64,000 bases of DNA, from NCBI GenBank assembly GCA_951406725.2, contig OX597831.1, positions 27,714,001 through 27,778,000 on the forward strand, written 5' to 3'. The notes below the pieces were generated by a model. The model saw only the letters and a program-made list of their open reading frames with translations. It had not been told where the DNA came from and did not search any database. Source of the DNA: Octopus vulgaris. Taxonomy: Eukaryota. Positions 14,150-25,892 of this stretch are shown here, piece after piece. Both the position numbers and the translations under genes were made by a program. Numbering within the stretch: the first letter of the stretch is position 1; the number at the start of each line of letters is the position of its first letter.

Positions 14150-15360
14150 TAATGCATTCTATCTTTGATGCTACTGTCTTCCAGTACTCCATAGAAATAA
14201 TACGCAGCTCCATTACAATACTTTTTGTCAAATGGTATGATGTGTATATACTTACTAATGTTTCTAAGTTATTTTTCTAAGTTCCCATTGCTCGCGGGAT
14301 GTTTGGAATTCATATTAATATACTGCAGCTTCTTGTTGGCTTTATTCGGAGAGATATATTTACAACTGCTTAAATTTAAAGCTCTATCTAAGAAAAGACA
14401 CTGTTAAGAAGTGTATACATTGTAACCTTGAAATCTAACTCTGTGAACATACTTATAACCGCCTTCCCAGAGGCATCCGTTGTAAGACCAGTAATACTTA
14501 GCACAGAACAGAATTTCTTCAGAAGTAAGTTTGAAATTTAAAGTCCTATTTATTCATAAGACTCAGCACCATCGTAAGACACCATGGCTACATCAAAAAA
14601 TATTTGGCCACTAAATTTAACCCAACTAAAAATTTTTGAAAACTAGCAAAGATTTCCTTGAATCCAATATAATATTAATATCAGAATCAGTAACTGAATA
14701 AAACCTTTGCCGAATTCTAAGGCCTTTTTTTTAAGGGATCTAGTCATAGACTGGTAGAACACAATTATATCGAACTGCATATATTTGGAGAGTTGCTAAT
14801 TTTTTTTTTTATATCATTGAACCAATCAAAAATTAATATTCCTAAATATTCCACAACGAAAAATAAATTATCTGTTTAATGTAAAGAAAAGAAAAAATAA
14901 GGTGGAACCTAAAATATTCCTATTGCGTGTACCTACTTTACTTTAGGCAAGTGAATTGTACTTATGATCTTTAAATGTAATGTAAATTCATGTAACATTA
15001 AGTATTCTACTTTATCGTCAAATTCTTATTGGTTGCTCTATCTTTTACTTCTAAATTCATTGCATTGTATATGTTGGAGCTTGTCTTTCTTTTATTGGGG
15101 TTGATGATACTAAACGATATTTATTGTATCAGTTTCATTTACATTTTAAATTTTAGCTAAAAGAAACATGTTTTGATATTTCAAATTTTGTTAAATCTTG
15201 GAAGTTGCCTGATGATTTATATATTTATCTATTTTTGTCGCTATTAACTGATGATATTTAGAAGCGTTTAAGAATAGTTTTGCTCACGTGATGTCACTCT
15301 ACTATATCCATTAATCGTCTGAACAATCGGAACCGTGAAACTCATGGTTAAGACTCGAGA
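14150..15360 (-). pseudogene. Decayed Penelope-like RT (Naiad/Chlamys-like)
   Basis: Minus-strand peptides YITFKDHK, DWFNDIK, MQFDIIVFYQSM, ALEFGK, DVAMVSYDGAESYE, FLDRALNL and LQYINMNSKHP match, in order, the PLE motifs ITLKDHK, DWF, FDIxxFYPSI, DVTMGSYDGAEVCE, FLDVTFNL and YIHxxSNHP; many stops and frameshifts. Confidence 0.75.
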
Positions 15361-15498
15361 AACTTCAGTTATATATAAATACATATACGCTCTCTCTTTC
15401 CCTCCCTCTCACTCTCTCTATTGGTAATTTATTCCTCATTTGTAAACATATACGTTCAACATAATATACGTGTGCGCGTGATTGTGCTCGTACACACT

Positions 15499-15544
<46 letters not shown>

Positions 15545-15679
15545 CGTACGTATGTTTGTATATATATATATATGTGTGTGCGTGTGTTCTTTATACAATA
15601 TATATCTACATATATATATATATATATATATATGCTGCTTGTATATATGTGACCATATACACAACTGCACATGTACATA

Positions 15680-15713
<34 letters not shown>

Positions 15714-16064
15714 CATACATACATGTATATACACACATATATATGTATATACGTACATACACACACACACACACACACACATATTAACACACAAATTTGT
15801 ACACAATTTTTATTGACTATTTTATTCCGCATTCGTAAACAGAAACGTTCCACATTATGCGTCTTAGTGTGTATGTGTATATGCATGTGTGTGCATATGT
15901 ATACACACACGCACTCACACACACCCATATACACGCGTATATAAAATGAATGAATGTATGTATGTATACATAAGTGGTCTAGAGTAGACTATAAATTCCA
16001 TCTTCGAAAACTAATTATCTTCTAATTTGCAATTTAATATTTAATTTAATATGTGCGTGTGTGT

Positions 16065-16111
<47 letters not shown>

Positions 16112-16299
16112 CGTGCGTGGTTCTTTACGGTACTTCCTTTACAACCAGAGTAGTTCTATCGTTGTAAGTGGTAAATATACACTCCCTCTGTCACTTATTA
16201 ATATACACACAGCAGATTTTAATCACAGACTCTTGCATACTTGAACCAAACGAAAATAACGAGAAAAGTTAAACCGAAACAACTGCGATTGCAACTAAT

Positions 16300-16374
16300 G
16301 GCTGCTGCTACTACTACTACCATGACTACAACGATGACCACCACCTTTACCACCAACAGCACAACTTCTACTAT

Positions 16375-16410
<36 letters not shown>

Positions 16411-16704
16411 CAACACTACAACAACTACTACAACGGTCACCACCACTACAACTACAGCAACTACAACCGACAACACAACCTCCATCACTATTACTCCTAC
16501 AGCTGTTACCACCACCACCACCACCACCACCACAACTCTCACCAACTAGTACTACTGCTACCACTATCAATGTTACTACAAATACTACTACCACTATTGC
16601 TACTACTACTACTACCACTATTGCTGCTGCTGCTACTACTACTACTACTATTGCAGCTACTACTACTACTATTGCAGCTACTACTACTACTACTACTATT
16701 GCAG

Positions 16705-16737
<33 letters not shown>

Positions 16738-16748
16738 TTGCAGCTACT

Positions 16749-16843
<95 letters not shown>

Positions 16844-16856
16844 TGCTGCTGCTGCA
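16300..16856. repeat. Trinucleotide low-complexity array (ACT/ACC/ACA/ACG/GCT)
   Basis: Directly visible; produces poly-T/V/L/Q ORFs. Confidence 0.9.
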
Positions 16857-17324
16857 AGAAGAGCCGCTACATTCTCATTCCACCTGACAGAAAAAAACGA
16901 AAGAGGCAATGTCGACCTGGGCGAAATTTGAACTCAGAACAGAAAGAGCCGAAAGATTTGCCACCTAAGCATATTGTCCAGAGTGCTAACTATTCAGCCA
17001 TATCGCCGCTTTATACCCATCAGAATAATAACAACACACACCGCTGGAAGGGTCTTATAATATTTAAATTAAGCACAGCACAAACTGTTCTGCATACAAC
17101 AGATAGTATTTAATTAATAACCAGCCGTTTAAAGTACAAATAAAGAAAAATTAAGCTAAGCATCAATGTGCTAGGCTAATTTACGACGGCTTTCTATAGT
17201 AGCTGATCTATTCTATTGAAGGGGAAAGGAAGCAGGATACGACTTCTCTGAAAAGCTGTCAACAAACCGTGAAACGGTCCGTCAGGAGACTCAATCAATT
17301 TCTTTTCACGCACATCACTAATAC

Positions 17325-17608
<284 letters not shown>

Positions 17609-17755
17609 CTGGCGACATTAGTCATATTAAGAGAATGTATTTACATTCTCATTCTTATGTAACAAACAGTAAGTCTTAGTAATATCCAAATACATTCCGG
17701 GTTTTCTGATTTACATTGTTGTGTACATACGCACACAGACACACAGACACACACA

Positions 17756-17786
<31 letters not shown>

Positions 17787-18047
17787 GTATGTATACACAC
17801 ACACATATACGTATTTATAACACACTTGTACATATAAGGAAAAAACTTATAAATACACACTGCAATATATATGCAAATGCGCGCACATGTACACATACAC
17901 GCGCCCGCACACACACACACGCACATACATACATACACACACACACATACACACATACATACATACATACATACATACATACATACATACATACATACAC
18001 ACATACATACATACATACATACACACATAGATACGCATATATATATA

Positions 18048-18417
18048 GGCGCATGAGTGGCTGTGTGGTAAGTAGCTTGCTCACCAACCACATGGTTCCG
18101 GGTTCAGTCCCACTGCGTGTCGCCTTGGGCAAGTGTTTTCTACTATAGCCTCGGGACGACCAAAGCCTTGTGAGTGGATTTAGTAGACGGAAACTGAAAG
18201 AAGCCCGTCGTATGTATGTATATATATATGTGTGTATGTATGTATGTATGTATGTATGTATGTATGTGTGTGTATGTGTTTGTCCCCCCAACATCGCTTG
18301 ACAACCGATAGAATAAGTACTAGGCTTACAAAGAATAAGTCCTGGGGTCGATTTGGTCGACTAAAGGCAGTGCTCTAGCATGGCCGCAGTCAAAATGACT
18401 GAAACAAGTAAAAGAAA

Positions 18418-18420
<3 letters not shown>
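18048..18420 (+). mobile_element. SINE family A
   Basis: Homology; one internal deletion. Confidence 0.9.
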
Positions 18421-18479
<59 letters not shown>

Positions 18480-18967
18480 CACAGATTGAGGGCGAAGTCT
18501 TCCGTCTGCCCACATTAAGTGTCACACGCTTATGTTAAGTACCGAAACTGAAGTAGCAAAGACGGATATTAATTGACCAAATGATTGATGTTGTTTAGGA
18601 CACTAAGTCTAATAAAGACAACTGCCTGAAACCACAGGCGCAACAGTCGTTCAGTAGCTCTTGACACATCTTCCCCCCCCCCCTCACACTTTTATAAATA
18701 GTACTTGACCTCTTATCCGAATTTCAGATAATCGGAAATTACCAAAATACCGGCTGTTTTTTGAACTTGTTCGTGAATCTGGTTAATTTGCACAGGGTGT
18801 GTTAAAAATAGTCTTGTTTACTATTTTTAAATGGATTGATAAAGATTACACAAACTCTGGTTTGCATGGGTTTCAAATTGTACATGTATCTCTTAAATAA
18901 AATCCTGTTTCCTTATTTTTCCTCCAATCAAACATTATTCTGTATTCATGGTAGAGCATGGTATATA

Positions 18968-19331
18968 CTCTTACTCTTTACTCTCTCTTTTACTTGTTTC
19001 AGTCATTTGACTGCGGCCATGCTGTCGACCCCGGGACTTATTCTTTGTAAGTCCAGTACTTATTCTATCGGTCTCTTTTGCCGAACCGCTAAGTGAAGGG
19101 GACGTAAACACACCACCATATACAGACAAACACAGACACACACATATATATACATATATATACATATATACGACAGGCTTCTTTCAGTTTCCGTCTACCA
19201 AATCCACTCACAAGGCATTGGTCGGCCCGGGGCTATAGCAGAAGACACTTGCCCAAGATGCCACGCAGTGGGACTGAACCCGGAACCATGTGGTTGGTTA
19301 GCAAGCTACTTACCACAGCCACTCCTGCGCC
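18968..19331 (-). mobile_element. SINE family A
   Basis: Homology; two small deletions. Confidence 0.9.
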
Positions 19332-19482
19332 TATCTTAATAATTTTTAAGTGGATTGATAAATATCAAACACACCCCACTTTAGATACGGTTTGTATGTA
19401 TTTGAACCTTTTGAATACAATTTAGTTCTTTAGTTTTCATAGATTATTTTATATTTAAGATATATATTTAAGGTGTCTTCAG

Positions 19483-19733
19483 AATAGCTTCAAAGGCCCA
19501 CAGCTCTTCAATATCTTCCCTCAAAGCCTGAGAGACCTGCATGGCGTGGATGTAGGCTTTTTCAAAATAAAAATAGATCTCCTTCTGTCAAGAGTTCCGG
19601 TTGAAACTACCTCTAGGCAAGAAAGAGGGGGCAGTAATATCAAACTCCTCCATCCACCAAATGTCACATACCAGAGGAAGTTAAGTGAAAGTGTAGCAAA
19701 GTAAACTGTGGTGCTCAGGCATGGCCGTAGTCC
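19483..19733 (+). mobile_element. CR1-like LINE ORF2 C-terminus and 3' UTR
   Basis: Reads NSFKGPQLFNIFPQSLRDLHGVDVGFFKIKIDLLLSRVP (CR1-type GPxLFNxLP..FKxxLD end), followed by the tail GTGGTGCTCAGGCATGGCCGTAGTC. Confidence 0.75.
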
Positions 19734-19764
19734 TTGGACTGCGGCCATGCCTGAGCACCACCGT

Positions 19765-19789
<25 letters not shown>

Positions 19790-19799
<10 letters not shown>

Positions 19800-20046
19800 T
19801 TAAGGGTAGAAATTGATATTAGTCAATTAAAAGCAGTGGTCTAGCATATTAAGAAAAATCCGAAGATTAAAATATTTATATATACCAATTAAGGACTGAA
19901 CACGAAAAGTGGACAGTCAACATGCTAGATATAGACGTCAAAACTGTGCTGAGTTTTATTTGAGAACATAATCTTTGTGGAGAATGGCGATTTGACGTCT
20001 ATATCTAGCATGTTGACTGTCCACTTTTCGTGTTCAATCCTTAATT

Positions 20047-20056
<10 letters not shown>
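19790..20056. mobile_element. Asymmetric foldback element (about 65-bp inverted arms)
   Basis: 19878-19942 is the reverse complement of 19991-20056 with about one mismatch; a diverged relative of the long arm lies at 54780-54940 (-). Confidence 0.8.
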
Positions 20057-20098
<42 letters not shown>

Positions 20099-20100
20099 CA

Positions 20101-20210
20101 TTTTTTCCCGTAATGAGATTAAAAAAACCAAGGCTGTGTAGACTCTTCTATTTATAAATGTTCTAAAATCTACACAGCCTTGATTTTTTTTATCTCATTA
20201 CGGGAAAAAA
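20101..20210. mobile_element. Small hairpin/MITE-like element
   Basis: 42-bp near-perfect inverted arms 20101-20142 and 20169-20210 with a 26-bp spacer. Confidence 0.75.
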
Positions 20211-20379
20211 TTTAATATACACACGGTGATATATGACCTTCGCTGGACCCCTTATTCGCATAATCACCGAACATGGAACTTAACTATAGTCTATCCATAG
20301 CACTTATTCAGCATTCCTGACACCCTTGGGTCCCACTGACACCATTACCTCTCATAACCTCCTCGCTCTCTCTCTCTCT

Positions 20380-20416
<37 letters not shown>

Positions 20417-20741
20417 CACACGCACATAATATCATATATATCTTATATTATACATGCATAGACATATTATACTTTTACAAGAAAGGTGAGAGTGATTTTG
20501 AAGTTTCGGTTTTGCTAATGCTACCCTCCGTCAGACTGTCCGATGAAGACTAGCAGACTGTAAATTGGAGGTCACTGTCACACCTCTTATTGTAATTGTA
20601 TTGTGTGTGTGTGTGTGTGTGTACTCTACAAAAATTATTATGTAATTTTTCAATTTATTATGAACCGGTATAAAAGAAACATTAATCCGATGCGTGAGAT
20701 GACGTTAGCAAAAGCGTATAATTGATGAAGACCATATATCC

Positions 20742-20776
<35 letters not shown>

Positions 20777-20926
20777 GTTTGGTCCGTTGTTAAGAAGCGA
20801 TCGATGGAGAAAGTACTCAATACGAACACAGAGTGCATTTATTTAAGCTGATATAAAGTAACAGTTCCTCAGAGACGCTTGAATAAACGATGCGCTTTTG
20901 TGTGTGTGTGTGTGTGTGCGTGCGTA

Positions 20927-20981
<55 letters not shown>

Positions 20982-21336
20982 TCGTGTGGAGGGGGCGTTA
21001 GTATGTATGTATGTATGTATGTATGTAAGTATGTATATATGTATGTATGTACGTTCTGTGCGGTTGATAATTATTTGAAAACTTCCTCTGAGGAAGGATG
21101 TGGTTTCTAGCAAATGTACAAGGCTCCATCATTGGAATGTTGATAAAAAAAAATTCGTTTTGTCAACTTAAAAAAATTCTTGTGTACTTTTACTGTTTCC
21201 ATTTACAGTTTGTGTATTTGAATGCATGTATGCATGTGTGTATGTACGAGTGTATGTATGTATGTATGTATGTATGTATGTATGTATGTATGTATGTATG
21301 TATGTATGTATGTATGTATGTATGTATGTATGTATG

Positions 21337-21538
21337 GGGAAGCTTTATGAAAATAAACAAAAGACGAAGGCAGGTTTACGGAAATAAACAAAAGACGAAG
21401 GCAGGTGGAATACAAACAAACAATTGTATTAGTATGGCGCTCAGAAATATAAATAAAACAAGTCTTTTACGTTTCGAGCCTACGCTCTTCAACAGAAAGA
21501 TACACAGAGAAGAAACACAGAAAGAAGGAGAGAAAAAA
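21337..21538 (-). mobile_element. Short PLE-pLTR-like element with minimal hammerhead motif (copy 1)
   Basis: Homologous to 46808-46979; minus strand reads TCTTT-CTGTTGA-A-GAGC-GTAG-GCTC-GAAA-CGT-A-AAAGA at 21463-21500. Confidence 0.7.
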
Positions 21539-21639
21539 TGTATGTATGTATTATGTATATATGTATGCATGTGTGTATGTGTGCGTTTATGTATGCATGT
21601 ATGTGTGCATGTATATGTATCCATGTATGTATTGTGTGT

Positions 21640-21672
<33 letters not shown>

Positions 21673-21960
21673 ATTATTCAGCTTTATTTGAAATTTTTTT
21701 TGCCAATAGTGACAGAACAGGTTTCTAATCTAGATTCAAGGCTCCTTCATTGGAATTTCAACATCAACAACAGGGTATTTTTGTTTGTTTGTGTGTGTAT
21801 ATGTGTATGTATGTATGTATGTATGTATGTATGTATGTATTCTCATGCATATAGTCTTGTTAGGCGTTGTCAATAGCGTGGTGTGCAATACATACATACA
21901 TACATACATACATACATACATACATACATACATACATACATACATACATACATACATACA

Positions 21961-22570
21961 TGTTGTTAAATCTTGTTATATGGTTGTGAAAAGGAAGACT
22001 AGTAACATCTCCAGATTAGAAACAATCTCCATAAATAATTTGACTGTTTCCCCTGTATCTGACGAGGAATGTTACAGGTGTCTAGGGGTGGATGAAAACC
22101 TGTCTTACAATGGCACCTGTAACAAAACACGTACCACTAAAGAATAACACAGCCGAATAAAGAAAATATGGACTTCAGAACTCTCTGCATTCAATAAAAC
22201 AAATAAAACAGTGGCCCTCAATGTTTTTGCAGTGCCAGTACTCATACCAACATTTGGGCTGCTTGATTGGACGCCTGATGAGATCCGAGCCATTGATGTG
22301 AAAACACGAAAAATACTAACAAGCTCACATAATTTCCACATAAGTAGTGATGTAGACCGCCTCTACCTAAAACGAAAACAAGGCGGCAGTGGCTTAACAT
22401 CGATCCAGAATGCCTTTGAATGTCGTATCATATCCCTTCGGCAACATCTTCTAACCGTCAAGTGTCGAAGTGCATCATTTGACCAAGTTTGCAAACATGA
22501 GGCTGATAACATCATAAAACTTGGAAGACAGGCTCCTTGAGCAACATTCCTTGTCTAATAACCTAAAATA
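21961..22570 (+). pseudogene. R4/Dong-clade non-LTR retrotransposon RT fragment
   Basis: CYRCLGVDEN (YKYLG motif), SRIKKIWTSELSAFNK, FAVPVLIPTFGLLDW and DVDRLYLKRKQGGSGL (R4/Dong DRLYxxRxxGGRGL); in-frame stop at about 22145. Confidence 0.85.
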
Positions 22571-23254
22571 CATATTAGCCACTGATCAGAAGATTTTTAT
22601 GTCCCTCGGATATGTATTGTGTTATTAAATACAATACAATTAGAAATGTTACTTCCGGGCGAATAGCAGAGTGAAATTGCTTTTCATCAACGTATTTACA
22701 TTGAAGATGATGCATAAATGGTTATTTTAATCTACTGTTTCAGTAGCATATTGATTTTTATTCAGCTTGGCTGTTATTCGCAATACCCGTGAATGATTAT
22801 TCATTGTTTTCGGCGACAAATCTCATATAAACATGAGGCTGGCTGTGAATACACGCCATTGACAACGCCCAAAAAGCAAGAAATACGTCATGCATTCTCG
22901 CTAGCCGCTGTTGGGACAATGTTCGTCTGGCTTTCATATACATTATGGTCATTGTGTTTTTAAAGACACCACGTCCATTAGAGATGTTGACTCAGGACAA
23001 AAACCGCAATACAATTTGCCTTTCGGCAATGTATTTGTAATAAACAGTATACGCAGATGGTTGTGTTAATACTGATTGACTTACACACACACACACACAC
23101 ACATATATGTATATATATATATTACATTTTGGACGAGCAGAACAAGTTACAAAGGGACACAAAGACAGTGGGCTTTGTGCATAACAATTATCAAACTTGG
23201 TTGATATGTACCTTCACGAAACTATTGACTCTTGAGTCACGTTACGCTTTGTGC

Positions 23255-23308
<54 letters not shown>

Positions 23309-23390
23309 CATACTCACATTTTGATTTCTGTGTCTTGTTCGTACTACAAATCTATATAAGTATATGTATATGTATTTATGAATGCACACG

Positions 23391-23422
<32 letters not shown>

Positions 23423-23861
23423 CATACATATATGTATATGTATATATGTGTGTATGTGCGTGTGTGTGTGCATGTATTAGCATAAGAGATAAGATAAAGA
23501 AGAGGACCACATTTTGACTTCATAACCACCTGTGTATGCCCCCTACCACCATTACCACTACCACCACCGGCACTACAACCCACTACCACCACCACTCACC
23601 ATCACCAAAACCAGCAGCAGCACCACCACCACCACTACAACTACTACCACCACGTGGCGTTAAAGGCTAGATTCACTTCATTCTTCATCCTGTTCCGTTA
23701 TGTTCATGGAATTTTCTCCCTTCCCTATGTATATACATGTATAAACCTTTATATATATATTGAATACTTGATGTGGTTTTAGAGTCGGGTTTTGATGCTA
23801 TTTTAAGCATGGTGGTATCTCTTAGATACTCTTATTTATAATTTTAATTATCATAACCCAT

Positions 23862-23972
23862 GTGGAGGCGCAATCGCCCAGTGGTTAGGGCAACGGACTC
23901 GCGATCATAGGATCGCAGTTTCGATCGGATCACCTGGAACCCTCGTCGTCGTAACCGACGGAGTGCCACGAT
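23862..23972 (+). mobile_element. SINE family B, head fused directly to tail
   Basis: tRNA head joined at GAT(T)C microhomology to the GGAACCCTCGTCGTCGTAACCGACGGAGTGC tail; about 270 bp missing. Confidence 0.85.
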
Positions 23973-24048
23973 TTTAACCTATAAGGTTTTTTTCTTCCCA
24001 TGTTGCCAATAAATTTGATCGCTATTTAAAATAACGCTCTTATCCTTA

Positions 24049-24114
<66 letters not shown>

Positions 24115-24430
24115 ATCCAAACATGAAAGCACAAAAAAACACAGCAACGCGAGGACGTGGAACAAATATAGTATTATTGGACGCTCAGGAAGAAGGGAAG
24201 AAGGAGGTACTTACCTCCACTGTTTGAAAACTTCAGGACACAAAACGCTTGTGTCACATAGCCAACTGGAAGCTATGTTTCCTGGCGCTAAATAGCAGCA
24301 GCATTCTTCCCTTTCCTGGGACTACCACATTAAGTTGGCAACAAACCATCTCTTTATCGTGCTGCTACTGTATAAGTCTCTCTGAGAGATTTAGAAATGC
24401 AATATTTCTAATATACATACATGCATGCAT

Positions 24431-24480
<50 letters not shown>

Positions 24481-24659
24481 TTCTATCCTTGGGGATGGCC
24501 ATATTGGAGCAATTTTAAGAATAATCAGCCGAAATTGGTTCTTGACTGAAGATAGAAAACTTCGAATGAAGTTGTTTTCTTTGTATTGTCTATTTGGATG
24601 TTTTGTCCCTTTTTGTATCACCAAGTTGTCCGGATGTTTTGCGTTTTGGTCCCAATTTG

Positions 24660-24701
<42 letters not shown>

Positions 24702-24746
24702 CGGCGTACGTACACTTTGTTCTCTTATGTATATATATATAAATAT

Positions 24747-25245
24747 ATTATATAATTAGGGCTTAGTAAAATAAATTACTTTGCCACATACTGAACTAAG
24801 TAGAAATAGCAGCCAAAAAAAATTTTTTTACCCATTTCCACTACTTAAAGAAAATTTCTCTCAGATAATGTTTACTCCAGACAGCTCACGAAGGTTTGGA
24901 GGTAAATACAGAAAAATATCACAAGTACATAGATCGTTTGAGTACGTCAACGTTTCAAGATTAGCCAAATAAAATCAGCATTTCTTTCGTCAGCTCAAAA
25001 TTTCTTAATTTGGATTTGGAAACACTAAAAAGAAGGAAAAGACAATTTTCTTTACGTAGTGGAAATGGCTAAAAAAAATTTTTTTGGCTGCTATTTCTAC
25101 TTAGTTCAGTATGTGGCAAAGTAATTTATTTTACTAAGCCCTAATTATATAATGTAATATTTTGAATTCGCCTTAAATCGTCCTTTTACATACTGAACAC
25201 TTGGTGAAATTGATTAATTAATTTTACCCTCAATTGTTGATATAT
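24747..25245. mobile_element. Foldback element with 110-bp inverted arms enclosing a hammerhead
   Basis: 24747-24856 is nearly the reverse complement of 25044-25153; the right side extends to about 25245 with a terminus resembling 19795-19830. Confidence 0.85.
24937..24999 (-). ncRNA. Type I hammerhead ribozyme, structurally complete
   Basis: Minus strand: stem I UUUGAG/CUCAAA (6 bp), core CUGACGA, stem II AAGA..GCUGA/UUGGC..UCUU, GAAA, stem III ACGU-UG-ACGU, cleavage triplet GUA. Confidence 0.8.
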
Positions 25246-25499
25246 ATAAATATATATATATATATGCAGCATGAAATTTTGTTAGTAAATAGATTGCAGT
25301 CTCAAAGCGACAAAAATATTTTGACAAATTAAATTTAAATGTTGAAGTGAATCTAACGGTTTTTGTGTGTTATTAAATGGCTTATAAACACCTTCCACGC
25401 TGCAATTGCATATCAATCGATAGACAAACAGATGTTTAACTTCATTATGGTAGCATCACAAGTTTTACTCTCCAGTCGCAATCAGTTTCTGAATTTTAT

Positions 25500-25892
25500 A
25501 CTCTTTATTTACTCTTTTACTCATTTACTTGTTTCAGTCATTTGACTGTGGCCATGCTGGAGCACCGCCTTTAGTCGAGCTAATCGACCCCAGGACTTAC
25601 TATTTGTAAGCCTAGTACTTGTTCTATCAGTCTTTTTTGCCGAACCGCTATGTTACGGTGACGTAAACACACCAGCATCGGTTGTCAAGCGATGCTGGGA
25701 GGATGAACACAGACACACACACACATATATATACGACGGGCTTCTTTCAGTTTCCGTATACCAAATCCACTCACAAGGCTTTGGTCGGCCCGAAGTTATA
25801 GCAGAAGACACTTGCCCAAGGTGTCACGCAGTGGGACTGAACCTGGAACCATGTGGTTGGTAAACAAGCTACTTACCACACAGCCACTCCTA
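25500..25892 (-). mobile_element. SINE family A
   Basis: Full-length homology. Confidence 0.9.

Noticed and set aside
16219-16909. Mucin-like poly-Thr and poly-Val/Leu/Gln ORFs
   Set aside because: Simple trinucleotide expansion, open in four frames.
20495-20560. Hammerhead-like CTGACGG..CCGAAAC on the minus strand
   Set aside because: Stems I and III could not be formed; too degenerate.
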